Of a stretch of 64,000 nt of DNA, positions 12,310 through 23,426 are shown piece after piece. The notes beneath the pieces were generated by a model, which was not told where the DNA came from, did not search any database, and worked only from the letters and a program-made list of their open reading frames with translations. This stretch comes from Carcharhinus longimanus. Taxonomy: Eukaryota. The translations under genes were made by a program, and so were the position numbers. The stretch lies in NCBI GenBank assembly GCA_030264375.1, contig JASCQW010000043.1, positions 89,652,178 through 89,716,177 of the forward strand. Reading direction: 5' to 3'. Numbering within the stretch: position 1 is the first letter of the stretch; the number at the start of each line of letters is the position of its first letter.

Positions 12310-12812
12310 AGCTCTACTTTCTCAGAAGACTAAGGAAATTTGGCATGTCAGCTACAACTCTCCAACTTTTACAGATGCATCATAGAAAGCATTCTTTCTG
12401 GCTGTATCACAGCTTGGTATGAATTGTGCTTTGCCCAAGACCACAAGAAACTTCAAAAGGTCGTGAATGTAGCCCAATCCATCACGCAAACCAGCCTCCC
12501 ACCCATTGACTCTGTCTACACTCCCTGCTGCTTTGGCAAAGCAGCCAGCATAATTAAGGGCCCCAGACGTTCTCTCTTCCACCTTCCATTGGGAAAAAGA
12601 TACAAAAGTCTGAGATCACGTACCAACCAATTCAAGAACAGCTTCTTCCCTGCTGACATCAGACTTTAGAATGGACCTATCTTGCATTAAGTTGATCTTT
12701 CTCTACACCCTAGCTATGACTGTAATACTAAACTCTGTACTCATTTCCTCTCAATGGTGTGCTCTCTGTATAGCAGGCAAGAAACAATACTGTATGCTAA
12801 TATATGTGACAA
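12310..12812 (+). mobile_element. Rex1/Babar-type LINE 3' end
   Basis: LYFLRRLRKFG followed by NFYRCIIESILSGCITAWY...KKLQKVV...RTNQFKNSFFP, then a 3' UTR. Confidence 0.85.
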
Positions 12813-12824
12813 ATTAAAAAGCTC

Positions 12825-13195
12825 CTGTTTTCTCAGCTCTCAAATGGCTACTACTCCAGTGGAGGGCAAAGAAAATACTTCAAAATCACTCTGAAGCTGT
12901 CTTGACATCGGCTGGAAGAGGATTGCTACCAATTGTTCAAAATGTTGACAACTTGTCCATCAAACTGCATCATGCTTCATGATCAAATGACTTAATGATG
13001 AGACTGACCAGCAGCAGAGAAGGAAAGAAACGGAAGCAAATCCTGCATTGTGCAACCTGCCGTTGGGACATCCTGCACCATGTGCCTAAAGATCTGTGGG
13101 TCAAAAATCTGCTTGTTCGGCCACATGGAGACCCGTGGCAGAAATTCATGGCCATGAGAAAACATCATTCTCAAATCAAAGATAGCTGATGACAT
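12825..13195 (+). mobile_element. RTE-clade LINE 3' end fragment
   Basis: One frame reads CTMCLKICGSKICLFGHMETR, the RTE terminal CxxC...SRIGLxSH zinc motif. Confidence 0.65.
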
Positions 13196-14039
13196 TGTCT
13201 TTTCCCTTTTAATATTTTGCTCATAGCTCAGCTAGCACTTCAGAGATTATTATATCTTAGTCCTGTCTATGTTGTTGCTATCCCAAGTGGACCATAACAA
13301 TTGGATTTTCTCTCCCTCTGCAACCTTTCTTAACTCCTGCACTGGGAATCCAATCCTGCCTTGACTGTCTCTGAACTGCAGAGAACTGTATCCTCCTCAA
13401 ACCACAGATGCTGCCTGGGAAGGTTCTTTGTGTCATCCACAACTCATTTGGAAGCATTATTGGCTTGGGAGTCAGAAGATTGTGGGTTAAAATCCCACTC
13501 CCAGATTGGTTTACCATGATTCCATCTGTGTGATGGTGGAAATGCAACCTCAAATATTTGGTGTCAGATGCTTTTGATACTTTTGATGGCTGAATGAAAA
13601 AAATTCTGGAATAACAAAGTATGCCACAAGTGCCACACATGAAGTTGTTCCTTGCTGGTGGTGCGGGATGATCTCTGCTGATACTTTACAGGTGCTTTGG
13701 AACTTCTGAAACCACATGTTGTGGTGACAAACTCCTGCCCATAGCTGGTGTGGTCATTCACATCAACATTAGCTTGAGTTTCCCACTTGTCGTGTTTGAT
13801 GTGAGGACTTCCATGTCTCCATTTGACAGCATCCTTGAATCAGAGTTTTGAGCTTTCTGCTAGTCTTTTCATCACAGGTTATCTCCTTTAGACGTGGCCA
13901 TCCTCCATTCTGATCACATGCCCAAGTGAGCAAATTAATACTAGCATGCTTGGTGTGTTTGCTCTAGAAAGAACTGCTCCTTCAATGATTTTGGCATCAC
14001 ATTGACAATGATGCATCGTAGACACTGGACATGAAAGTT

Positions 14040-14245
14040 TGGAACATACAAATTAGGAGCAGGAGTAGGCCACTCAGCATCTCGAACCTGTTCTGAATTG
14101 AATAATATCATGGCTGATCTGACTAACCTCAGCTCTACATTCACGTATAGTTCTGATAACCTTTCATCCCCTTATAATCTATTGAAAGCTGCCTTAAAAA
14201 TATTCAGACTCTGCTTCCACTGCCTTTTTGAGGAAGGGATAACCC
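14040..14245 (-). mobile_element. CR1 3' tail nested in the RTE
   Basis: 'aggagcaggagtaggccactcagc...atcatggctgatctg' is the reverse complement of the CR1 tail. Confidence 0.75.
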
Positions 14246-14694
14246 TGAGGCTTTATTATTGAGCCTTTTCTCTTGGATGGTGTCAATTCACCAGACTTCA
14301 CTGCCATACAGCGATGTGCTGTGGATACGTGCCTTAGATAAACATCTTGGTCCTGTGAACCCATGCCTATTTTGTAAGTTGGCCAAGTTTGTGACTGTCT
14401 TTCCAGTGCTTGTGCTGAGTTCTTGTTCAAGAGACAGTTGTCTGTCTCTATACATCCAAGGTAACAGAATTTACTGACTGCTTCCAATGGTTTTTTCAGT
14501 CTGAACACAGGTGGAGATACAACAGCCTGTCCCATAACTACAGTTTCCTTGATGCTGATGTAAGGGAAAATATAACGCAAGTGAGTGACAGGTTCCATGA
14601 GACTTTGGAGCTGGTCTTCTGTCTGGACTCCAATGCAGCAGCATTAGCATGTGGGAGTTCTCTGATCACAACATGCCATATTTTCATCTCGGCA

Positions 14695-14975
14695 GACGCA
14701 GGTTGATGGGTTTTTGATAAGCGAGGGGATTAAGGGTTATGGGGCGAGGGCGGGAATGTGGAACTGAGCCACGACAGATCAGCCATGATCTTATTGAATN
14801 NNNNNNNNNNNNNNNNNNNNNNNNNNNNNNNNNNNNNNNNNNNNNNNNNNNNNNNNNNNNNNNNNNNNNNNNNNNNNNNNNNNNNNNNNNNNNNNNNNNT
14901 TATTGAATGGCGGGGCAGGCTCGAAGGGCTAGATGGCCTACTCCTGCTCCTATTTCTTATGTTCTTATGTTCTTT
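14695..14975 (+). mobile_element. Young CR1 3' end spanning a gap
   Basis: 'taagggttatgggg...agatcagccatgatcttattgaatggcggggcaggctcgaagggctagatggcctactcctgctcct' followed by ttcttatg repeats. Confidence 0.85.
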
Positions 14976-15774
14976 TAGTCTTGATAGGTTGAGAAGTTCA
15001 ATTTTATTGAGTGTAGAGGTGCATTCCTGCCAGGTTGGCAAGAAAAAAAAACAAAGTAGTGTGAGTAGAGTAAGATGCAACCATGTTTCACCACATTCTT
15101 GGTTTCAAAACTGGAGATGGAGCCATCAAATGGAATGGGGCTGTGTATCTTATACAAGGATGTATGGGACTGGGAATTATAGGAGGACAATTTTCTTTAA
15201 TATCTGGTACAAGCTAGTCCTGCTCAGTGTCAAATGCTTCTGTGAGTTTGTTGCTCTCTGCACTTAAAGCTGTGCTTGCTCTGAAACCATGTTGTGTCTC
15301 TGGGTATGTTCTGTTGGCTAGTTGACGGAGCCTCATTAGAATGACTGGCAAAGGTCTTCCAAGGACCTGAGGAGCGAGATGTGCGGTAATTGTTGTAATC
15401 CCTGTTTTTGTATAATGTGATGTTTACATCTTGCATATCCTGTGGGGCATGGCCTCCTTTCCAGAGGAGGTGGAGGTATGGCAGCAAGTGAGGTTTTCCA
15501 TATTGGAGCAGCTCAACTGGCATTCAATGCTTTCCAAGTGCTTTCCTTACTGCTAAGGAGCCAAGGAACTTTTAATGCTCAAGTAAACAGGATTCTGTAT
15601 TGAATTTGCATATGATGGCTACCTGCAAAAGAACATCAGGCTCAGACAGAGATATCCATCTCCTATGAGTATAGCTTAGAGTAGTGCTCCATCCAGTGGG
15701 CCTTTTGCTTGTTCCTGTGCATTTCAAAGGAGCAAATTTGGTGATGGTGAGGACAAGTGCTGTTTTGACACCGT

Positions 15775-16595
15775 TGTGGCCAGGTTAGCCGGGTAAACTG
15801 ACTCCTCTAATCCCATTCAAGACTTGGTTATGACAACTTGAATTTAAAAGGGACATGATATTGCTAATTTAATATATATATTTGACTGTGTAATTCATAT
15901 TCTGCAATAAATTAGCCAGCCAGGTTCCTTAAGTAAACAAGTTAAAAAATTAGTTTTATTACTGAAACTCACTGGTAAACATGCAGAAACTATTGACAAA
16001 TTGAAAATATACAACTATGTCCAACTCTGCATCGATGCAAAAATAACACCTACGATCCCCTTCCATTTCCCACGTGTGCAAAAGAAATAAAACACTGCAG
16101 AGTATTAGAATTTTTAAACAACTAACCAAGCAACAAGTAAATTAAAGTGAAATAATATTCACCAAGTGTCCGGAGGCTTGTTGACAGCTGGAAGGGCCCC
16201 AGACCACAGTAGCTGCTGGTTCTTTTGAGTCTCGAAGACAATAGTGTTTTGGAGATCTTCTTTTAAGAACTCTTGGTTTACAGCAATGACGTCTTCTGGT
16301 GTGTTTTTCAAACAGCTCAACTTTGAGAAAAGTTATGCGGTTAAGGCTGTTGCTCATATGGCAGTTTCTCTCTCTCACTGCCAAAATCCAGTATCTTTTT
16401 TTAAACCCTAAAGCTGGATCAAATGTCCTCTGAGCTGCACAAAAGCAACTTGTACCCTTACACAAGCTTACAGCAGCTACTGTATGTGTTAGCAGTGTCT
16501 TTTGATTTGAAAATACATTATTTTCACTGTTCAATACATATTTATGTCTAGCCAATGATATTTTACTGTAATATTTTACATAACTCTTAATAATA
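15775..16595. mobile_element. Unclassified ~0.8 kb insertion within the RTE, possibly a reversed solo LTR
   Basis: RTE coding similarity stops at about 15775 and resumes at about 16600. The insert starts with TG and has TTTATT at 15955. Confidence 0.4.
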
Positions 16596-17234
16596 ACGCC
16601 ATAGTGAGATGGGTAACATTATCATTAGCAATTTGCATTTTTCATCAGCTGAAGGCTGTCTTCTGTACAATTTCCTTGCCTAACATGAGCTTGTAACATG
16701 CTTACAGGTTGTAAGCTAGGCAAGCTGCAATCTTGGCTTCAATGTTAGGGATCCTTGTTGCAAGGTAAGTCTGAAACCAATCTTTGTTCCTTTTTCTTTC
16801 CTTTGTCAAGCATAGTTATGGTAACTTTGCAGATTGACCGTAGACATTTTCATGCTTCAGTAGCTTTATCCAGTGAGCCCTCAGGTGGGAGGATCTGCAT
16901 GAGAGTTTCTGAGAATGTCTGACATTGTTGCCATCCCTCCTGTCTGGAATGTTGATTCGTGGAATTCCATTGTGTTCGGACTTGAGTATTTTCCGTGGTT
17001 GCACCTTGACCAGATATGGACGAGTGAGTGATCAGTTTTGCACTCCACGCTATGATAGATACAAGTGTGAAGAACATTGGAGAGATTGTCTTCTGGTGGT
17101 TATTAGATCAAGTTGGTGCCTGTGGTTGGATCTCAGATGGCGCCATGGCATTTTATGCTAACAGAAGAAACAGTTAACATTTAAGGTCTGTGATCTTTCA
17201 TCAGAGGCTCCAATCAGAGATTTGACATGTTGGG

Positions 17235-17600
17235 AGGCAATGGTGTAATGGTTCTGTTATTGGGCTCATAATCCAGAGACTCAGGATAATGCTCTAGGGA
17301 CCCAGGTTTGAATCTTATGACAAATGGTGAAATTTTAATTCAATGGAAATCTAGAAATAAAAATCTGAAGATGACCATGAAACCATTAACATTAAAAACC
17401 CATCTGGTTATTTAATGTCCTTCAAATCTGCTGTTATTACCTGGCCTGGCCTACGTGTAACTCCAGATCCTCACCAATGTGGCGGTTGACTCAAGTGCCC
17501 CCCTGAAATGTACTAGCAAGACATTTGGCTCAAAGGCAATTAGGGTTGGGCAATAAATGCTGGCCCAGCCAGCAATGCCAAAACCCCACAAAAGTATTTT
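17235..17600 (+). mobile_element. tRNA-derived SINE with LINE-derived tail
   Basis: A-box 'tggtgtaatgg', B-box 'ggtttgaatc', tail 'ggcaattagggttgggcaataaatgctggcc'. Lies between two Penelope-derived arms at 17160-17205 and 17610-17700. Confidence 0.8.
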
Positions 17601-18170
17601 TAAAAATGGTTTTTCTCGCCATCGGTGTTGTCAGAATTGCTGAGTTTTTCCAGCATGTTATGTTTGTATTTCAGTTCCAGAATCCTCAGTATTTTGCTTT
17701 GGTGCTATATAATCCTGTCAAAGTCAGACAATATCAGATTAAATTATTTCAGCAGAGAGCTACTGTGTTGCTACCTTCACATTACTGGCAAGTTGGCCAC
17801 AGCAAGAGGCTTTCAGACATTTTTTTAAAAAGATTTAACAAACTTCATCTTGTTACATGATTATATGAGACTAATTTTTCTTTCCACATGGACCATGTGC
17901 TCATTTTGAAATATTGTTCACTGCTTTAAGATAAAATTCTTGATGAAGAGACCACTTTCTGACCACTGGCTGTGAATGGATGTAAGATTTAACTTGGCAG
18001 TTCCATGTTAACGATGTTTTTCTTTCACTCTAGAGTGACTTTCTGAATTTAAAGTATACTCTTCTGGCAGGTAAAGCTCTACTTTGTTACATTTGGCCTC
18101 ATTTCAAAAACATCTTTTGAAAACAATTGTCTGTTTTGAACAAATTCAAATTGATCCATCAGTTTACTCC

Positions 18171-18428
18171 ATCTGTGTGGAGTTTGCACATTCTCCTCGT
18201 GTCTATGTAGGTTTCATCCGGGTGCTCCAGTTTCCTCCCACAGTCCAGAGATGTGTGGGTCAGGTTGATTGGCCACGCTAAAAAATTGTCCCTTAGTGTC
18301 CTGAGATGCTGGGATTAGTGGGTAAAATATGTAAGGATATCGGGGTGGGCCTGGGTGGGATTGTGATTGGTGCAGACTCGATGGGCCGAATGGCCTCTCT
18401 CTGTACTGTGTAGGGTTTCTATGATTCT
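18171..18428 (+). mobile_element. HE1-type V-SINE, 5'-truncated
   Basis: V-domain 'tgtgtggagtttgcacattctcc...gggtgctccagtttcctcccacagtcc' and CR1-derived tail 'gggccgaatggcct...ttctatgattct'. Confidence 0.9.
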
Positions 18429-18879
18429 AGTTTATCAAGGATATGAATACAGGATTTTGCTTAGCTATATTTAGTTCTCTGGGAAGGATAATTACAGTGA
18501 AATAAGTAATTGCGAGAGCTGTATAACCCTGCATTCTATTCAGCCATTGTTCTCCAGTAGTGCATTCTGGGAAGGCCTTTTCAAAACTAGGTGCATTTGT
18601 TCATTTTCACCAAAGCCTTGGTGGGACCATGGGCATTGTCTTGCTGTTTTCTCTGGATTTCTTCAAACTTTCTTCAGTCCAGGTCTAAGCGTTATCCATC
18701 CGTCAGATTTTTCTTCCCCTTCTGTTTTTACTCTTAATTTCTCGTTCAATTGTTGCCATGTATCAAGCCCTTTCCATTTATTGGAGAAGCCAAGAGTTTG
18801 CAAATATTTAAAGAATATTCATCCTCAAACATTCCACTGTGCTCTGTAGCATATTGATTATTTTCGTATATCCATCAGT

Positions 18880-19110
18880 GTTATACAGACAAATATGGCA
18901 GCCTGATTGTACATAGCAAGATCTCTCAAACAGCAATGAGATAAATGAACTGATTTGTTGTGGTGCTGGTCGAGGGATAAATGTCACCCAGGACATTAAA
19001 AAATAGCTCTCCTACTGTATTTCTAAATAGAGAATAAGATCTTTTTATATTCACCTGAACAGTCAAATGAGATCTGAGTCAGTCAACAATGCACCCAAAA
19101 GGTAGCAATT
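18880..19110 (-). mobile_element. Deu-domain SINE (SacSINE1/AmnSINE-like) fragment
   Basis: 'gagggataaatgtcacccaggaca...gatctttttatattcacctga' is the reverse complement of the Deu core as I recall it. Confidence 0.65.
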
Positions 19111-19134
19111 CAGGAAACAATCTTCCATTATTAT

Positions 19135-19537
19135 GGGGGAGACAGTACCATGTTGGTAATGTAACTGGACTAGTAATCCAGAGGCCTGGACTAATGTTCT
19201 GGAAACATGGGTTCAAATCCCACCATGGCAGCTGATGAGATTTAAAAAGTCAATTATTGAGATGTGGAATTGAACTCGTCTCAGTAATGATGATGATCAC
19301 GAAACTATCATTGATTTGTTATTACAAACCCATCGGGTTCACTAATGCCCTTTAGAGAGGAAATTTGTTTACCTGGTCTGGCCTATATATGACTCCAGAT
19401 CCATAGCAATGTGGTTGACTCTTTTAACTGCATTCTGAAATGGCCAAGCAAGCCACTCAGCTCAAAGGCAATTAGGAATAAGCAATAAATGCTAGCCTTG
19501 CTGCCATACCCATACCTCTTGAAAGAGTAAAAGAAAA
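19135..19537 (+). mobile_element. tRNA-derived SINE, full length, same family as 17235-17600
   Basis: B-box 'gggttcaaatccc', with body and tail 'ggcaattagg...gcaataaatgctagcc' shared with 17235-17600. Confidence 0.85.
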
Positions 19538-19539
19538 TT

Positions 19540-20285
19540 GTGTTCTAGCAAGGTGCACATTCACATCCTTTATTGTGGATTGAAACCAGAATTTGTGCTT
19601 CAGAAGGGAGAAAACCATGGAGAAATTTGAAAACTGGGATTAAGTGTTTCCCAACAAGGATCTTCTGCAATCACTATTCTGCAATGACTATTGCCAGGGA
19701 GAACGATAGAGTTAGTGACTTTGGTTCCAAGACAATGATTTCCAATATTTATTTGGAGGAATTTATTGCCCATTTCAGAACTGGATGTCAGCCAAGCAAT
19801 CAAGAGGAGAATTAGTGGTAAGAGAAAAATAGTTGCCTTCAGCATACATGTGAAAATTTGCTTTGCTTTTGGATGACGTTGGGTAGATGCTGGGGAATGC
19901 CTGAGGTAACTATGCAGGGAGTGAGAAGGGAAGCCATTGCAGGTGCCTCTCTGCCTTGATTAGATATACAAGAATGTAACCAAACAAGTACAAACCCACC
20001 CAAGTTGGTGAAGGGGAATGGTGTGGTCAATCTGTCCAAAGCTGTACAGAGCATTGGGCAAGATGGGATCGTTGACTGTTTTCACTGCCAGATGTTACTT
20101 TTATAAGAGCTGTTTTGGTACTGAGTCAGTGGTGAAAACCTAATTGGAAGGACTTTAGACATGGAGTTCTTGGAAGATGAACACGGGTTGGGAGGCAACT
20201 TTGGGGAAGAAAGGAAGCTTGGAGATGGGAGAGGATGGTAGTTTGCAAGGATAGTAGTGTCAAGAGTTGATTTTTGATAAAAGAC
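19540..20285 (-). mobile_element. Degenerate L2-like RT fragment
   Basis: Minus strand gives VTSGIPQ (a GVPQG-like motif) and FHMYAEG (a YADD-like motif) at about 19835-19915. Confidence 0.6.
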
Positions 20286-20288
20286 AGA

Positions 20289-20404
20289 GGGCAGGATATT
20301 ACACCCTCACTCGTCTGAAAACCGTAAAATTTTGCCCAAGGTCAACAGACTTTTCCACGGTCTGGCCTGATTCCCATGGTGGGTGGGACAGTAACATTTC
20401 GGCC
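20289..20404. mobile_element. Harbinger-type MITE
   Basis: Imperfect TIRs gggcaggatattac / gtaacatttcggcc, flanked by 'aga' on both sides (3-bp TSD). Confidence 0.55.
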
Positions 20405-21039
20405 AGAGAGTTATCTGGGAAATATTAAACAAGAAAATCCTACTCTAACTCCTGGGTAACTATACAACTGATGTCCAACGAGACTAGCAGCAAACCCCAC
20501 TCCAAGCATCCTCACCCTGACCAGCCACAACCTGACAATCCCTCTCAGCCTGACTAATCCTGGCCCATTCACCCAGCTGCTACCCTACACGCTTACCTCA
20601 CTCATCTACCCATGTGCAAGCTCACACAATTGCTCATAGTTTGGGGATATTTAAACACTTAACAGAATATGGCAGTATGTGTGGTTAAAAAGGGGGCACA
20701 GCTTCTGCACAGATTCTCTTCACTGCTCTTTGCAAGGATTCATACTACATTGTGGAACAAAATTTGAGTCTTTTCGATATATGCAGGGAAGTCGGTAGTT
20801 TTCTGTTTCATCAGAAGCGAACACAGGCTTAGACTCTTATTGGAAGTTTTGGCCAAGGTGCTAATACCAATCCCTTGTATTCACCCTGTCAATAAGCTAG
20901 GAATTTTATATACAACTTATTTATTGAATAAGGCAAAAGAAGTGGCAATTCTCTCTCACTTAAAGTAAATTGTTGATTCCCAGTTGCCCAAATACTGCAA
21001 ACATAGTGAAATCGCAATGAGTCAAACTGGGATGACAAA

Positions 21040-21590
21040 TTACATTTTTTCAAAGCCGTCAACTGGGCATTGGTGAGACCACAACTGGATTGCTGTATAC
21101 AGTTTTTGCCTTATTAATTGAAAAATAAATATAATTGTGTTAGAAACAATTCACAGAAGGTTCACTTATTCCTGGAATAAAGATCTTACCCTATGAAGAA
21201 AACTTGGGCTTATATTCATTGGTGTTTAGAAAAAGGAGAGGTGAACTCCCTGAAACCCATAAGATCCTATATTGATAGTATAGATATCAGGAGGAGTTTT
21301 CACTTGTGGGGGAAACTAGAACTAGGGGACTGTAATGCCCTAACAATGTTTTGCCTTTATTGAATAAATAAGTTGTACCTAAAATTCCTAACTTATTGGA
21401 TTTTAAACAAAAAGAAAACGTGGTTTGACATCACCATCAATCACGTGAGCAGCTCTGAAAGCAGTCATGCAGTCTTAACAGGGACATAGCTGAAGACTAA
21501 GAGCTCTCCCTTTTAATACTGAGATGAGAATTCCTTTCTGTTGAGGCTTGTTAGTTTGCGAATTCTCTTCTCCAGAGATAGTAGAGGTGT
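21040..21590 (+). mobile_element. Old CR1 3' region
   Basis: ALVRPQLDCCIQF-like peptide and 'ttgggcttatattcattggtgtttagaa'. Confidence 0.7.
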
Positions 21591-22117
21591 TGAAGAAGCC
21601 CCACCAACATGGTTCAAAGCCGGCTGAGCAAAGAATGTTCTTGTCTCCGGCACAATCCTTTCAGAAGGATAGGCCATTGTAGTGTGTGAACAAATTCGAT
21701 AAAGACTTTTTCCACACCTTTACTGCTTTATCATGCTTTTATTTGCCATTTGCATCTTTTGTTTTTGACATAGACCACATTTGGTTACACAGTGGTGCGT
21801 TCATGTGGGATGGGGCTTCCTTGGCTGTCATAATGCTTTGTTTAACACACACTTGTGGGCTGATCCCCTGGGACTCCACTCATTGGGATTTTACTGAAGT
21901 TACTTCATCAAAATCTTCCAACTATGTAAAAAATCTGTTTAACCTTAAAAGTTTTGCAAAGATGAGCACTTTCAAAGCTGGACAATGGAACATTTTCAAA
22001 TTTCGGAGCCCTTTAGANNNNNNNNNNNNNNNNNNNNNNNNNNNNNNNNNNNNNNNNNNNNNNNNNNNNNNNNNNNNNNNNNNNNNNNNNNNNNNNNNNN
22101 NNNNNNNNNNNNNNNNN

Positions 22118-22192
22118 GCCATGATCTTATTGAATGGCGGGGCAAGCTCGAAGGGCTAGATGGCCTACTCCTGCTCCTATTTCTTATGTTCT
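22118..22192 (+). mobile_element. Young CR1 tail after a gap
   Basis: Nearly identical to 14900-14965. Confidence 0.8.
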
Positions 22193-22477
22193 TTATCTGC
22201 GTCAGATACTTTAAGTCTTTTGTAACCATAGAAGTACAATTAAATTCCCTTTCCTTTGTCCCAGCATTTGCTGCAGTACAAATGCATTCAGCTTTCCATT
22301 CCCCACACTAACACCATCCTACAACCTTTTCCAGTATGATTCCTACTTTGATGCCAATTAAATGCTGGATTACTGCTGTGGATCCATGTTTACCCTGAGC
22401 TAGATTGAAAGTCTCCTAACTTTTTTCAAGTTAAACCCTTATGTTTAATATTTAGGATTGGATTTAAAATCACGTTT

Positions 22478-22846
22478 AAGACCTTATTGAGATGGATAGG
22501 ATTCTCAGGATGCTTGACAGAGTAGATGCTGCGAGGTTGCTTCCCCTTGTGGGAGATTCTAGGTCCAGAGGGCATAATCTCAGAGTAAGATGTTGCCCAC
22601 TTAAAACCAAGATGATGAGGAATTTCTTAGAGCGTCATGGATCTGTGGAATTCTTTACCACAGAGGATGTAGAGACTAGGTTAAGTATGTTCAAGGCTGA
22701 GATAGACAGATTTCTGATCAGTAAGGGAATCAAGGGTTATGGGGATAAGGCAGGAAAATGGAGTTGAGAATTGTCAGATCAATCATGAACTCATTGAATG
22801 GTGGAGCAGACTCAATGGACCAAATGGTCTTCTCATGTCTTATGGT
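22478..22846 (+). mobile_element. CR1 3' end
   Basis: ORF 22492-22767 reads ILRMLDRVD...SRSRGHNLR...FKAEIDRFLISKGIKGYG, followed by the tail. Confidence 0.9.
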
Positions 22847-23303
22847 ATCACATCCATTGTTGTAAACTCAGTACAAAAACGTGTCAAATGTTTCCTGTTG
22901 TGGTAATGTGCGGGGTTTGCCATGGTTCAGCTGCTAAAGTTACAGCAGCAGATGGGCAGAACCCACAATAAATGTAGTCCCTATGTCCCCAAACCTGGAA
23001 AATAGGTGGCTTCTAATATAATTAAGTAGGAATAAAATTATTAGTGCTTTTAAGGGTTAAATACTCTTAAAACTAATGGAGAATTTTTAAAATATTAACT
23101 ATTCTACATTAGTACATACAGAAATTCTACAAACGGTTTGCAGAGATTTGTTTATTGAACTGAATGAATGGTGTCAATGGCCATCATTTTCTAAGTATTG
23201 TATATTTAACAATTTGTTTTTGAAAATGTGCTTCCGAGTAGTTGAATGGCATGATATTCTGATGCATGAATGCTTTGTGCTCCAGTTTTGCAACAGGTTT
23301 AAT

Positions 23304-23426
23304 GGCTGGAATTCTTCAACCTCACCCACAGGTGGGATTCTCCAGTCATGCTGCAGCGAATGGAGCAACAAGTTCTCCATGTCACTGACAGTGGTGGCAG
23401 GGTGAACAAGACCGGAGATTCCAGAC
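23304..23426. mobile_element. Harbinger-type MITE
   Basis: TIR-like ends ggctggaattct / ggagattccagac. Confidence 0.5.

Larger units (their letters stand above)
13560..17160 (-). mobile_element. Fragmented RTE-clade LINE (EN-RT-Zn) with nested insertions
   Basis: Minus-strand peptides: WRHLRSNHRHQLDLI and YHSVECKTDHSL (EN, about 17030-17155), HWMEHYSKLYS (about 15680), PVELLQYG...PQDMQD...TLYKN...NNYR (RT, 15230-15523) and CGTCGILCYSRI (about 13620). Confidence 0.85.

Noticed and set aside
14780-14910. Direct repeat ttattgaat on either side of the gap; likewise ttaatggt at 5997-6115
   Set aside because: Gap-edge overlap or simple repeat, not interpretable without long reads.
21686-22159. 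157-aa ORF
   Set aside because: No recognisable domain; its length is inflated by reading through an N gap into a CR1 tail.
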